Notes: generated by a model not told the origin, from the sequence alone. A stretch of DNA of 61,999 nt from Sedimentisphaerales bacterium (GCA_035529475.1 DATKWR010000836.1:1-61999), one strand, 5' to 3'; counted from the first letter of the stretch, positions 42,165 through 51,581 are shown. Numbers and translations are program-made.

Positions 42165-42446
42165 ATGACAAGAATCTGGGGCATCGCATACGCCATTGAC
42201 CACGAGACTAACTACATCACATTCATTCATGGGCCATCGAGGCCAGCCAGAACGCTCAAAGATGTTTCGGGACGGCTCTGTGATTGGCTCGCGAAGACAG
42301 TTAACAATATGAGTCAAGCTAACCAGGGAAGCGTTGAGGCGTATTGGTGGGGATGGATATGGAGACGGAAGAATTATCCCGGTTGGCTTTCATGGACTAT
42401 CGCAGGGGCGGGTGAGCATAGTGGCGAATGCCCCGCCCGCCAATGA
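42165..42446 (+). CDS. hypothetical protein
   Basis: 93 aa. Confidence 0.5.
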   Translation: MTRIWGIAYAIDHETNYITFIHGPSRPARTLKDVSGRLCDWLAKTVNNMSQANQGSVEAYWWGWIWRRKNYPGWLSWTIAGAGEHSGECPARQ

Positions 42447-42472
42447 CAGAATCCGCAAGGAGAGGAGGAGGC

Positions 42473-42892
42473 ATGTGTGACAAGCCCATCATCAAGGGAC
42501 ATGCCGGATTGGTGCCCTGTATGTGCCGTCCAGATCTTACAGCGCTGGACGAGGAGGCCGTGATACGACAACTGGAAGGCATGTTGTATGGTGACTTCAT
42601 AGGGGTACACAAAACACCCGAAGGACCTGGCTATACGATTACGCATATGCCCACTGGCTATGCATTGTTGCTGTACCAGAATAAGCGGCGAGCTTATTGG
42701 TTAGGTCGTGAGCTGGCGAACTCCGGATTCCCTTGGGGAGAACTGAATCTTGTCAATTGCAGGGATGAAATTGGGCAACGGGCACGCCGTGTGAGGGATC
42801 AATGCGAAGAGCGCATGGCTTCGCCTCATAAAAAGCCAGACGTACCATGGAGCATAAATAGGGAGGGCCAAGATGAATCCACAGAATCATAA
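42473..42892 (+). CDS. hypothetical protein
   Basis: Trimmed to ATG 42473, which follows AAGGAGAGGAGGAGGC. 139 aa. Confidence 0.55.
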   Translation: MCDKPIIKGHAGLVPCMCRPDLTALDEEAVIRQLEGMLYGDFIGVHKTPEGPGYTITHMPTGYALLLYQNKRRAYWLGRELANSGFPWGELNLVNCRDEIGQRARRVRDQCEERMASPHKKPDVPWSINREGQDESTES

Positions 42893-43271
42893 CGACCCGC
42901 CCGACAACCCCGAGCCGCTGTGCCCGAAATGCGGCGAGCGGCGCAGGGATTGGCAGGAAAGGATAAGCGCTGACGATCCTACCGTCCTGTGCCTATCGTG
43001 TGGAATCGCATATGTACTCGGAGAGACCGACTGCCCCGCTTGTGACGGCACTGGATTCGTCACCGGCGATGGGCCGCCAGACGATGACGAGAAGAAGTGC
43101 CCGGTGTGCAAGGGAAGCGGGGGACTGGATGCTGACATTACTAAATACATTGGCACTCTGCAGGAGCAGATTCTACAGTTGGCAATCAGGATTGCGAATA
43201 TGAACGAGGAACTGGATGAAGCCTACTCTGCTCTCGGGGCAAAGATCGCAAAGAGTTCTAACCGGTTGTAG
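42873..43271 (+). CDS. zinc-ribbon protein with DnaJ-type CxxCxGxG motifs and a C-terminal coiled coil
   Basis: 132 aa with CPKCG, CLSCG, CPACDGTG and CPVCKGSG. Confidence 0.6.
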   Translation: MNPQNHNDPPDNPEPLCPKCGERRRDWQERISADDPTVLCLSCGIAYVLGETDCPACDGTGFVTGDGPPDDDEKKCPVCKGSGGLDADITKYIGTLQEQILQLAIRIANMNEELDEAYSALGAKIAKSSNRL

Positions 43272-43289
43272 TTTCAAAGGAGGAGCGAG

Positions 43290-43619
43290 ATGGCACTTGA
43301 GAAGTTGATTACGATGGGCGAGAAATATCGGCCAGCCATGAAGATCACAGACCAGGAAGAAGCCGATGCGTATTTTGAGTCGTGCGTGGAGCATACTATG
43401 AACTGGGGTCGTACCAGAGAAAAGGCGGAAGAAGTCGAGAAGGGAAATCTTGGCTATTACGCTGGATACTATGATCACGAGACCAGGGTCAGGGTTGAGA
43501 GGCTGTTCCGTTGCGCACACCCGGTGTTTGGCAAGGCCAGTGCTGGTGTGCCAACGCCCGAAGAAGCATTCAAAATGGGGCAAGATTGGGGAAAGGAGGA
43601 GCGCGATGAAGTGGTTTAG
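43290..43619 (+). CDS. hypothetical protein
   Basis: 109 aa with AAAGGAGGAGCGAG before the ATG. Confidence 0.65.
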   Translation: MALEKLITMGEKYRPAMKITDQEEADAYFESCVEHTMNWGRTREKAEEVEKGNLGYYAGYYDHETRVRVERLFRCAHPVFGKASAGVPTPEEAFKMGQDWGKEERDEVV

Positions 43620-43806
43620 GGACGGCGATCAAATCTGTGTCACGCGCGACACGTTCATCAATCTGCAGGAGTCGCCAGCGTTTTTCGTGCCCGCAGATGG
43701 CGACATGGGGCGCACCATCGTGAGAGATGGTTTGCTGGGATTGCCGCTGGGCGACCTGGCATATCTCAATATGATGCTCAAACTTGAGGAGGAGTGCGGT
43801 GGCTGA
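43606..43806 (+). CDS. hypothetical protein
   Basis: Trimmed to ATG 43606, which follows GAAAGGAGGAGCGCG. 66 aa. Confidence 0.55.
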   Translation: MKWFRDGDQICVTRDTFINLQESPAFFVPADGDMGRTIVRDGLLGLPLGDLAYLNMMLKLEEECGG

Positions 43807-44872
43807 CAAGCAGGTTGTGACGGTTCTGCCCATGCTGACGCCGGAGACGGTGACAATTCAACCAATAGAGTTCAGCCCAGATCAAATCGAACTCATTAAG
43901 CGAACTATCGCAAAGGGTGCCACCGATGACGAACTGAAACTGTTCTTGTACCAATGCCGCCGGACGGGACTTGACCCATTTGCGCGACAAATTTACATGG
44001 TGAAACGCTGGAGTAGTCGTGAGAGTCGAGAGGTGATGGGCGTGCAGGTCAGCATAGATGGTTTCCGTCTAGTTGCGGAACGGACCGGAAAGTACGCGGG
44101 CCAGTTAGGACCCTTTTGGTGTGGCGAGGACGGCAAATGGCTGGATGTCTGGCTCCAATCGAAACCACCACAAGCCGCCAAGGTAGGCATTCAGAACAGC
44201 AACTTTAGGGAACCCCTATGGACGGTTGCTATCTATAGAGAGTATGTGGTCACGAAGAAAAGCGGCGAACCGAACTGGATGTGGAGCAAGATGCCCGCGA
44301 ACCAGTTGGCGAAGTGCGCTGAATCGCTTGGCTTGCGCAAAGCATTTCCTCAGGAACTCAGTGGACTCTATACCACCGAAGAGATGGACCAGGCCGGAGA
44401 CGATAATGGCTCAAAGGAGACTGGCCAGCAGCAATCACAACAAGAACCCAAGGGCAAAAAGGAACCACCTCAGACCAAGCAATCAGCGCCCAAGGTCAAG
44501 CAGAAAGCCGCGCCCAAAGGCGTTGGCTGGGAAGGCTGGACAAAGGCCGCACGGGACAGATTCTGGGCCAAGGTGGGCGACATGAACTTGTCACGCGAGA
44601 CCGTGCATAAGGAGTTCGGCGTCGAGAGCATGAAGGAATGGGACCGCAGCATGGAAGACGCCAACGCGATCTTGGGAATTCTGGACTACGGCCTCAATCA
44701 CTTCGACATCGGACTTGAGGGCATCCACAAAACCCTGAACCTGAATGCTGTGCTTCCCTGGGTCGTGGCCGGATACACGGTAGGACAAGCCAAAGTTAAG
44801 ATAGACGCCTGGGTCGCAGAGCAAGCCGCCCAGGGAAAGGAAGTCCACGAGCAGACGGAGATTCCCCTCTGA
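43799..44872 (+). CDS. recT: RecT/Bet-family single-strand annealing recombinase
   Basis: [30 protein letters not shown]...[20 protein letters not shown] matches the RecT/Bet pattern. GTG 43799 follows GAGGAGGAG, while the track start is TTG 43784. A low-complexity K/Q/P linker and an extra C-terminal domain follow. Confidence 0.8.
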   Translation: MADKQVVTVLPMLTPETVTIQPIEFSPDQIELIKRTIAKGATDDELKLFLYQCRRTGLDPFARQIYMVKRWSSRESREVMGVQVSIDGFRLVAERTGKYAGQLGPFWCGEDGKWLDVWLQSKPPQAAKVGIQNSNFREPLWTVAIYREYVVTKKSGEPNWMWSKMPANQLAKCAESLGLRKAFPQELSGLYTTEEMDQAGDDNGSKETGQQQSQQEPKGKKEPPQTKQSAPKVKQKAAPKGVGWEGWTKAARDRFWAKVGDMNLSRETVHKEFGVESMKEWDRSMEDANAILGILDYGLNHFDIGLEGIHKTLNLNAVLPWVVAGYTVGQAKVKIDAWVAEQAAQGKEVHEQTEIPL

Positions 44873-45228
44873 TGGACGATCCAGGGTTCGTGAAAGTCCG
44901 GGATAGATTGAAGTACGATGGCCCGGATCAAAACGGGATGACCCATCCACACGTGCGGTGTTGCGCCCAGTGTATAGACTGGCATCCGACAGAAGATATG
45001 GACGGTGATCGTCACGTGGGGATATGCTCCCACTTTTTGGCTATCGCCCAACATGGCCGTAAGGCATGGCATGATGGACGTGCTTGCCAGTTTAGAAACA
45101 CGGCGCAATGGTATCTGGAGATGACCACCGAGTGGGTGAGGGAAGTTGGGGGAGACGGCTTGTATACCCTGGCCTGTCGTGGCGGGTGCGCAAAGTGCAA
45201 CTGGTGGCAGGAGAATAAGGAGGTCTGA
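44872..45228 (+). CDS. Cys/His-rich hypothetical protein
   Basis: 118 aa with an ATGA-type junction. Confidence 0.55.
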   Translation: MDDPGFVKVRDRLKYDGPDQNGMTHPHVRCCAQCIDWHPTEDMDGDRHVGICSHFLAIAQHGRKAWHDGRACQFRNTAQWYLEMTTEWVREVGGDGLYTLACRGGCAKCNWWQENKEV

Positions 45229-45578
45229 TGCTATCCAAGAAGCAGGCCAAGGCGCTGGTGCGGAATCAGGAAACAGAATGTCTCCGCAGTCTGAGTAGGT
45301 ATCCCTACTCCTTTGAGCAGCTTCGGCTAGAATTCCAGGGACAAGATTTCGTCGGGTTTGGTTTTGCGAAATACAACCTGAATGATGCTAAATGTCCGAA
45401 ACTGCCGTGGGACCGAGAGAAAGGTCTGCGCATCGCCAGGGGTCGCGCCGAAAAGGACATAGCGGAGCAATTGATGCGCGTGCCAGTCAATGAGACAAAG
45501 TCAATAATCATGAGGATGAGGGTCATTGACGGCTTTGCGGAATTCACAGAGAGGGCACTGGTAGGAGGTGATGGGTAA
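45228..45578 (+). CDS. hypothetical protein
   Basis: 116 aa with a TGATG junction. Confidence 0.55.
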   Translation: MLSKKQAKALVRNQETECLRSLSRYPYSFEQLRLEFQGQDFVGFGFAKYNLNDAKCPKLPWDREKGLRIARGRAEKDIAEQLMRVPVNETKSIIMRMRVIDGFAEFTERALVGGDG

Positions 45579-45792
45579 TGCCAGCAGCGTATATAGATGG
45601 CACAAAACGATGTGCGGCGGCCAAGCTTACGATCTGGATGACGAGATTGACTGCGAGAACTGTGGGAAGATTCCGGCTATCCGCCAATGAAAGGAGCAGC
45701 GATGATACGAGGACGACTTTGGCTCTTGTGCCTGGTGGCGATGTTATTGACCGTCCTCGTGGGCGGCCCGGATTGGTTGTGAAGGAGGAGCG

Positions 45793-46098
45793 ATGGCAGA
45801 ACCGGAACTGAGAGCGTTTGCAGGGGAATGGGGTGGTAGTGGCATACCCGATGAAGCCAAGCAGTTGCAAAAGGCGGGCTGGCAATTAGTGGCGGGCGAT
45901 TGTCTAGAGGGAGCCGATTGTCACACGTATATCGTCTGGGTTCTCCGCAAGCCGGAACCGACGCTGCTGGAGGCGGCGCGAAATATGATTGAGATGATTC
46001 GAGCGGCATCCCATGTACCAAGCACAAACGAGTGGGGTACTGCGTTTCTACAGCTCAAACAAATCGTCGAGCGCGAGGAGCGAAGGGGTGAAGCGTAG
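45793..46098 (+). CDS. hypothetical protein, paralog family A
   Basis: 101 aa. LRAFAGEWGG..EAKQLQKAGWQLVAGDCL..YIVWVLRKPEPTLLEAARNM. The DNA core GGCTGGCAATT(G/A)GT(A/G)GCGGGCGATTGTCTA is nearly identical to that in the 192 ORF. Confidence 0.7.
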   Translation: MAEPELRAFAGEWGGSGIPDEAKQLQKAGWQLVAGDCLEGADCHTYIVWVLRKPEPTLLEAARNMIEMIRAASHVPSTNEWGTAFLQLKQIVEREERRGEA

Positions 46099-46249
46099 CC
46101 CGGTCTACCGGCTTTGGCGCGGCTTGAAACTGTTCCTTAGCATAGTGTGGCGGCCCGTCGATGGGCCGGTGGACAAGGATGATCCCATGCCCGTCATCTA
46201 TTGCAGTCCCCAGTTGGCTTTCGAGATAGCCAAGATCGTATGGAACTAA
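46088..46249 (+). CDS. possible small ORF (53 aa)
   Basis: GTG follows GAGGAGCGAAGGG. The start is uncertain. Confidence 0.3.
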   Translation: MKRSPVYRLWRGLKLFLSIVWRPVDGPVDKDDPMPVIYCSPQLAFEIAKIVWN

Positions 46250-46259
46250 GGGTGAAAGA

Positions 46260-46505
46260 ATGACCTGTGTGAAGATTCCCTGGAGTGTTTATGATAAGAA
46301 TGACTGGCGCGATTATGATAACGAACCGCCTAGTGATTGGTATTGGGTTTATGTACCTGGCGCGGGCGTCACAATCGCACTCTATCGATCATTCAACCAC
46401 CGATGGTGGGACTACCGAGTTACGGAACCCAAACCACTTGACGTCACCCACTACGCGCCACTTGATGAGTGCTGGCCCGAACCGCCAGAGGAGGAGGAGC
46501 GATGA
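46260..46505 (+). CDS. Trp-rich hypothetical protein
   Basis: 81 aa. Confidence 0.55.
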   Translation: MTCVKIPWSVYDKNDWRDYDNEPPSDWYWVYVPGAGVTIALYRSFNHRWWDYRVTEPKPLDVTHYAPLDECWPEPPEEEER

Positions 46506-47107
46506 CGTACCAACCGTATTCGCCGGAGGAGCGAGAGTGTATTCGAAAGTTGGTAGAAACTGTACTTGATCTTGGGGATTACGACCCCTTACACCTACAT
46601 GCTGCGGCAACATATACAGCTAAGCGCTGGCTCGCCACCTGCGACGGGTTAGAGGCCGAGAATGCTACCTTGCGCACACGCAACAAGTTGTGGCAAGACG
46701 AGGAGGATTACTTGCGAATGCGTATGGAGGAGCGCGGGCACATCATGCGAAAGGATGTGAAAGAGCCGCCCGATTATGACAGCCTTGCCGCCGAGAAGAT
46801 CATGGTGTGGCATCGAGGTTTCCTTATGGCATCATTACACCTCTGGTTTGATAGTGATGGCCAGAGGGTTGCTGCGGTCAGTTGGTGGCATCCCACCACC
46901 GAGCCCGCCCAGGCCGAGATGGTGCGCAAGGCGATGGAAAGTGACGGTTATATCTTCGACATCAAGACGTTTGATGGACTTGCCCGAGTCAGCGTAAGAC
47001 GTTACGCCAATCCACAGCCGATATCGGAAGCGACTATCCTTGACGAATGTGCCCTGAGCCGTGCCATCGTCGAGGTCAGCCTGCGTGCCGAGGGGCACAT
47101 CGAATAG
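46502..47107 (+). CDS. hypothetical protein
   Basis: Trimmed to ATG 46502, which has an ATGA overlap after GAGGAGGAGGAGC. 201 aa. Confidence 0.6.
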   Translation: MTYQPYSPEERECIRKLVETVLDLGDYDPLHLHAAATYTAKRWLATCDGLEAENATLRTRNKLWQDEEDYLRMRMEERGHIMRKDVKEPPDYDSLAAEKIMVWHRGFLMASLHLWFDSDGQRVAAVSWWHPTTEPAQAEMVRKAMESDGYIFDIKTFDGLARVSVRRYANPQPISEATILDECALSRAIVEVSLRAEGHIE

Positions 47108-47131
47108 GGGCCACAAAATTAAGGAGGAGAC

Positions 47132-47644
47132 ATGGATCAGACCTACAATTGTAGTTTCGACTATGGCACCGTCTTGACTGCAGACGAATGGCTGCTTTTC
47201 CGTGAACAGGTCACTGATCAACTCTCGGTGGATCCCGAAGAGGATGGCACGGTGAAGTTGAGCACTTGGAATCACTTCGACGTGATACCCAGTCACATCA
47301 AGAGCCTCTTTCCCCATAAGAAGATCATCGTAGGCGAATCCATCCCGGCGAACCACGCTTATAATATCTCAAAGACCATGGATGAGATTCGAGGTATGAT
47401 GGAATCTCTGCTGGCCAAGTCGGGTTCCCCAGGTCTGCCAAACCAAGATCGGTATGCTGAATTGTCCGAGGCGAAACAGGCTAATCCCGAACCGTACTTT
47501 ATGATGATAAAGGAGATGTTCGTCGAAACCAACGCCTGCACAGATACCATCAACGGCTATCTGAAGGACGGTCCGTGGCACATCCTGGCAATCTGTCCGC
47601 AACCGGGTCAGCGGCGACCGGACTACATCTTGGGTAAATTGTAG
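47132..47644 (+). CDS. hypothetical protein
   Basis: 170 aa with TAAGGAGGAGAC before the ATG. Confidence 0.65.
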   Translation: MDQTYNCSFDYGTVLTADEWLLFREQVTDQLSVDPEEDGTVKLSTWNHFDVIPSHIKSLFPHKKIIVGESIPANHAYNISKTMDEIRGMMESLLAKSGSPGLPNQDRYAELSEAKQANPEPYFMMIKEMFVETNACTDTINGYLKDGPWHILAICPQPGQRRPDYILGKL

Positions 47645-47737
47645 GGTCACCCAGACACACATCAAAAAGAAAGGGAAGCTCAAACGAATACACGAATCCT
47701 TGGTAAGGGCGGCGCAAGGGTGGCCCCACCGCCCAAT

Positions 47738-48097
47738 ATGGAAGGGGGAACTGTGAGTGAACACTACAATCTCTATCTGGTTGTATCGGAGACTCTATTT
47801 TGCGATCCATGGATAGAATATCGCATTGCCGAACTTGTGGTGGCGCGCAGTCATGGTCATGCGCGATGGCTTGCCTGGAACAAAGATCAACATGGCTTGG
47901 CATCACGAGCGCGCATCTATGACATGCCTAAGATGGCGGTCCGGCGCAAAGAAGATTATGTGGTTGGACCACCACGAATCGTCACCGATGATTTCTCGGC
48001 AGACAAGCAATTGGACGATTCTGAGGAGGGTCGCCATATTGAGTACCTTTGGCATCTCGGCAACGCGCCGCATATCGGGATAGTGGAGGACTCATGA
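47738..48097 (+). CDS. hypothetical protein
   Basis: The start is ambiguous: ATG 47738, or GTG 47753 after GGAAGGGGGAA. Confidence 0.5.
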   Translation: MEGGTVSEHYNLYLVVSETLFCDPWIEYRIAELVVARSHGHARWLAWNKDQHGLASRARIYDMPKMAVRRKEDYVVGPPRIVTDDFSADKQLDDSEEGRHIEYLWHLGNAPHIGIVEDS

Positions 48098-48372
48098 CCG
48101 AGACGACGGAGATACGGCTGGCGCGGATTGCACGCTTTCTTCTAGACGCGCTTTCCGATCGCTACAATATCAACCTAGACCGCTACCCGCGCTTAGAATT
48201 GTATCAAGCCAAACGAAAACTTGATAACGTATTAGCCGATATGGAGGAGGGGCAAAGGGCACTTCTCCTCTACGAAGCCTGGAAGCTGAACCCCTCCCTT
48301 GGCCGTCCCTACTCGGAGATACGCCAGGAACTCGTGGAGGAGGGGCTGCTGGATGACGACGGGGGGCAATGA
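48094..48372 (+). CDS. hypothetical protein, MTET(T)EIRLA family
   Basis: ATGA overlap. The N-terminus MTETTEIRLARIARFLLD resembles the 48652 ORF. Confidence 0.55.
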   Translation: MTETTEIRLARIARFLLDALSDRYNINLDRYPRLELYQAKRKLDNVLADMEEGQRALLLYEAWKLNPSLGRPYSEIRQELVEEGLLDDDGGQ

Positions 48373-48446
48373 TGTTCTGGGCGCTGACCATTCTGGTATT
48401 GGGCGTCCTGGCGGGAGCCTTCGTCTACTGGCTGCTGGATGAGTAA
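48369..48446 (+). CDS. possible 25-aa TM peptide
   Basis: MMFWALTILVLGVLAGAFVYWLLDE, overlapping the upstream stop. Confidence 0.3.
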   Translation: MMFWALTILVLGVLAGAFVYWLLDE

Positions 48447-48453
48447 TTAGGTA

Positions 48454-48482
48454 TTGACAAATGACTCGGAATGTGATATGCT
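48454..48482 (+). promoter_or_regulatory. near-consensus sigma70-type promoter (P1)
   Basis: TTGACA (48454-48459), a 17-nt spacer ending in TGA, then TATGCT (48477-48482). Confidence 0.65.
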
Positions 48483-48488
48483 TACAGA

Positions 48489-48651
48489 TGAAACAACGGG
48501 CCTGGCAACCCGAAGATAAGCATAGTATGGACGCCTTTCGTGAAGGTGTCCTGCCAGTCGCCGTGACGCTATGCACGGTTGCCAGCTAGGACGAAACAGG
48601 ACATCTTCAGGGAAGGCGTTTGGATTCTCTAACCGGTTGGAAGGAGGAATC
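48489..48651 (+). promoter_or_regulatory. about 160-nt structured 5' leader
   Basis: Arms 48531-48553 and 48597-48619 form a 23-bp helix with 1 mismatch and 2 G-U pairs. CTGGCAACC (48502) pairs with GGTTGCCAG (48577) in the loop. No SD-led ORF is present. Confidence 0.5.
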
Positions 48652-48915
48652 ATGACCGAAACAGAGATACGGTTGGCGCAGATTCAATCACTTATGCTCG
48701 ATGTTATGACTACGGTGATGCTTTCATGGCCTGGATGTTCACGTGGAGCTGAACTCATCGAAGCAAAGAAGGAGATTGATGGGATGCTTATGGAGAAGCA
48801 CGAGGAGGTGCTTGAGAGCGCGAAGTTTCACCCTAAAGGCGTCATCATCGGGGTCCTTATCAGTCTTGCTATTCAAGCATTGATATGGGGTTGCTATTAT
48901 GCCTTTTGGCGTTAA
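48652..48915 (+). CDS. hypothetical protein with a C-terminal TM helix
   Basis: The track ORF 48571 is trimmed to ATG 48652, which follows GGAAGGAGGAATC. It has MTETEIRLAQIQSLMLD and a TM segment VIIGVLISLAIQALIWGCYYAFW. Confidence 0.65.
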   Translation: MTETEIRLAQIQSLMLDVMTTVMLSWPGCSRGAELIEAKKEIDGMLMEKHEEVLESAKFHPKGVIIGVLISLAIQALIWGCYYAFWR

Positions 48916-48953
48916 TCCGCCCAATGTTCTAACCGGTTGGTGAAAGGAGCAAC

Positions 48954-49163
48954 ATGCCCAAGATCACAGCGGTATACTGGAAGGACGGCGAACCGAAAGA
49001 CGTTACCATCGAAGACGAGGACTTGCTCTACATACAACTTGAGGGGAAGTATGAGACGTTCACCGTACATCCCGACGAGTATGCATTGACCATCAAAACG
49101 ACGATGGACGATATGCTGGTACGACCGGCTACACTCAAGGAGATTCGGGTCAGTTCACTATAG
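48954..49163 (+). CDS. hypothetical protein
   Basis: 69 aa. GAAAGGAGCAAC precedes the ATG, with TCTAACCGGTTGG just upstream. Confidence 0.6.
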   Translation: MPKITAVYWKDGEPKDVTIEDEDLLYIQLEGKYETFTVHPDEYALTIKTTMDDMLVRPATLKEIRVSSL

Positions 49164-49178
49164 CACGAGAGGAACGAC

Positions 49179-49751
49179 ATGCCCAGCAATGATGACTCAG
49201 ATATGGTTTTTGCTTGGGAGAAGAGTTGGCTACCTGACCACAAGGGCAATACGCTAGGGGGATTGTGGCTAACACTTGTATGGCAAGATACTCTAGGGTG
49301 TTACAAGCCCATGAGTATGGGTGCCCTACCTTCGCATGAAACGTGGCGCGAGATCAAGAATGCCATAGACGAATTCTACAATACTGTAGATGGAACTTAC
49401 ATCGATCGAGAAAACATAGAGGGATTATGGGCCTTTCATGAAACGGATATCCGCAAAAGTCGACGGAACAAAAAGGGTTGCGTCTACATTGTCCGGGGTA
49501 GAGACGGATTCTACAAGGTCGGGGCAACCGGGAATTGGAAAAAACGGCTTCAAGCCCTTTCCCGTATTCATGGACATCTAGAGATTATCATGACAATAGA
49601 ATCGGAAAACAGCTTTGAGTTGGAAGGTTTCTTGCATGATATGCTCTGGCGTCGACACGTACATGATGAATGGTTCGCACTCACCGAAAACGATCTGAAG
49701 GTCACAATACCCAGAATCCTGAATCTTCTATCTTACCCGCTAGACGAATAG
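49179..49751 (+). CDS. T5orf172 / GIY-YIG-superfamily domain protein
   Basis: 190 aa. The C-terminal half GCVYIVRGRDGFYKVGATGNWKKRLQAL....LEGFLHDMLWRRHVHDEWFAL fits the T5orf172 (MUG113) pattern. Confidence 0.6.
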   Translation: MPSNDDSDMVFAWEKSWLPDHKGNTLGGLWLTLVWQDTLGCYKPMSMGALPSHETWREIKNAIDEFYNTVDGTYIDRENIEGLWAFHETDIRKSRRNKKGCVYIVRGRDGFYKVGATGNWKKRLQALSRIHGHLEIIMTIESENSFELEGFLHDMLWRRHVHDEWFALTENDLKVTIPRILNLLSYPLDE

Positions 49752-50633
49752 TTGAAAGGAACCATCGTTGTGCCAGAAATAATCCGCACTGTCAAAAGCA
49801 AAAGCAATCCCTATGTGATGATCGATAAGAGACTTTCAGAGAATGACGCCCTTAGCTGGGAAGCACGGGGCGTCATGGTGTATCTGCTCGGCAAACCCGA
49901 CGGGTGGACGACTCGCTTCACTGACCTGGTGAGGCGTGGGCCGGCCGGCGTCTGCAAGATGCGCCGCGTATTCAAGGAGCTACGTGAGCATGGACACATT
50001 CGTCAAATACGCACTCAGGATGATAAGGGGCACTTCATGTACGAAACCCGAGTCTATGAAGCGCCAGAAGATAATCCCTCCTATGATGGGAAACCCGTGA
50101 GCGGGAAACCCGCTAGCGGGCAACCTGACGACTTACTAAGTAATGAATCAGCAAGTAATTCAGATACCTCCGCAGTAGCGGAGGCGTGTGAAAACACGCC
50201 TTCCATATCGGAACTGGAATATATCTCTTGCGATGAAGATGGCGAACTGGTGCCGAAGAGGCTAAAGACGAAACGCAAGCCGAGCCGCGTCAGACTGGAG
50301 CAAGTTGAGCTGGGCCGTCACTTCTCGGAGCTCACGGATATTCCCATGCCAGAGAATCCCAACGGCAACCCACGCCGATACAAGGCACAGTATGTTGCGT
50401 GGTGGGAGCCAATGAAGGACATACTGGCCCTGAGAAACGATATGGCCAGGGCGAAGCGGCTGGTGAGGGATGCAATCGATGAATTGGACAATGACGGAAT
50501 GACAATCAGTTCGCCGAAGAGCATCCTGAAGACGGCCATAGGCATCCACGGAAGGAACGCGCGCGCCTCGCCGGAGGTTGACTGGTTCGCCGCGTCGCAG
50601 GAGGAGGAACAGTTGCGTGCCAGCAAGCCATGA
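49752..50633 (+). CDS. replication initiator / replisome organiser-like wHTH protein
   Basis: 293 aa. LSWEARGVMVYLLGKPDGWTTRFTDLVRRG..GVCKMRRVFKELREHGHI is a typical N-terminal wHTH of phage replication proteins. It lies directly upstream of the loader gene. The start is TTG 49752 or GTG 49770. Confidence 0.55.
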   Translation: MKGTIVVPEIIRTVKSKSNPYVMIDKRLSENDALSWEARGVMVYLLGKPDGWTTRFTDLVRRGPAGVCKMRRVFKELREHGHIRQIRTQDDKGHFMYETRVYEAPEDNPSYDGKPVSGKPASGQPDDLLSNESASNSDTSAVAEACENTPSISELEYISCDEDGELVPKRLKTKRKPSRVRLEQVELGRHFSELTDIPMPENPNGNPRRYKAQYVAWWEPMKDILALRNDMARAKRLVRDAIDELDNDGMTISSPKSILKTAIGIHGRNARASPEVDWFAASQEEEQLRASKP

Positions 50634-51391
50634 AGACGGAGCAGGATGTCATTGATAGCCTTGGTCACTGCGTATGTGGCGGGCATGGGTTCTTTCGGGT
50701 GGACGTAAGTTTGGGCCACCCGCTGTTCGGCAAGGCCATCCCCTGCATCTGTAAGGTGAATGACAGGGCGCAGGAGAAGGCTGCGAGTCTGCGCCGATTA
50801 TCGGGCATAAGCGAGCAGGCCATGACGCGGTGGACATTCGAGAGCTTCCATCCGGAATGGTGCAAGATACGTGACGAAACGAAGAGGACGGGGGCCGTTG
50901 CCGCCATGAGGCAGATCAAGGACGAATGTCAGCAATGGGAAGTCAAGGGATGGCGCATTCTGATAGGGCCATACGGTTCGGGGAAGACCCATCTGGCATA
51001 CGCCATCGCGGGTTCCTGCCTTCAGAGTAACCTGCCAGTCTATGCCGCGCTGGCGCCGGACATGCTGGGAATGCTCAGGTCATCATTCGACACGAACACT
51101 TTTGACGAATGCTTCGACCACCTACGCAACGTGGAACTGTTGGTCATAGACGACCTGGCGACCGAGCACGCCACGGCATGGGCAACCGAGAAGCTGTTCC
51201 AGATCGTGGACCACCGATACGTCAACGACTTGCCGCTCGTCATCACGACGAACGTGGACATCAGGAACGGCGGCAAACGGATAGAGGGGCGGATAGTTTC
51301 GCGGCTATTGGAGGGGACTGAGACCGAGGGCGGACGTTCGCGGTTGTGGATATTGCCCGTGTCGGACTTCCGGATGGGTAAGCGGAGATGA
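50630..51391 (+). CDS. DnaC/IstB-like AAA+ helicase loader
   Basis: 253 aa with Walker A GPYGSGKTHLA and Walker B LLVIDDLATE. ATGA overlap. Confidence 0.8.
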   Translation: MKTEQDVIDSLGHCVCGGHGFFRVDVSLGHPLFGKAIPCICKVNDRAQEKAASLRRLSGISEQAMTRWTFESFHPEWCKIRDETKRTGAVAAMRQIKDECQQWEVKGWRILIGPYGSGKTHLAYAIAGSCLQSNLPVYAALAPDMLGMLRSSFDTNTFDECFDHLRNVELLVIDDLATEHATAWATEKLFQIVDHRYVNDLPLVITTNVDIRNGGKRIEGRIVSRLLEGTETEGGRSRLWILPVSDFRMGKRR

Positions 51392-51403
51392 AGGAGGAGT
51401 GAC

Positions 51404-51580
51404 ATGGCGGTATATAGGAGCATGGAGGAATACTACGAGCGATTTTTCCCTAATGAACGTGAGGAGCGGCGCAGAAAGGAGAGACTCAAGAAGGAGGACC
51501 CGTTGGCGTATGCGATAGAACATGTGTGGGAAGTGTGGAGAAGATTGCACTGGAAGACGAGGCCGCCGGGGGAGGAGTAA
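51404..51580 (+). CDS. 58-aa basic hypothetical protein, below the track cutoff
   Basis: AAGGAGGAGTGAC precedes the ATG. It reads MAVYRSMEEYYERFFPNEREERRRKERLKKED.... Confidence 0.5.
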   Translation: MAVYRSMEEYYERFFPNEREERRRKERLKKEDPLAYAIEHVWEVWRRLHWKTRPPGEE

Positions 51581-51581
51581 G

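Noticed and set aside
45578-45811. A 77-aa Arg-rich ORF between 45228..45578 and 45793..46098.
   Set aside because: The composition looks non-coding. The same stretch holds two alternative mini-ORFs: MCGGQAYDLDDEIDCENCGKIPAIRQ, and MIRGRLWLLCLVAMLLTVLVGGPDWL after AAAGGAGCAGCG. I cannot decide among them, so none is reported as a feature.
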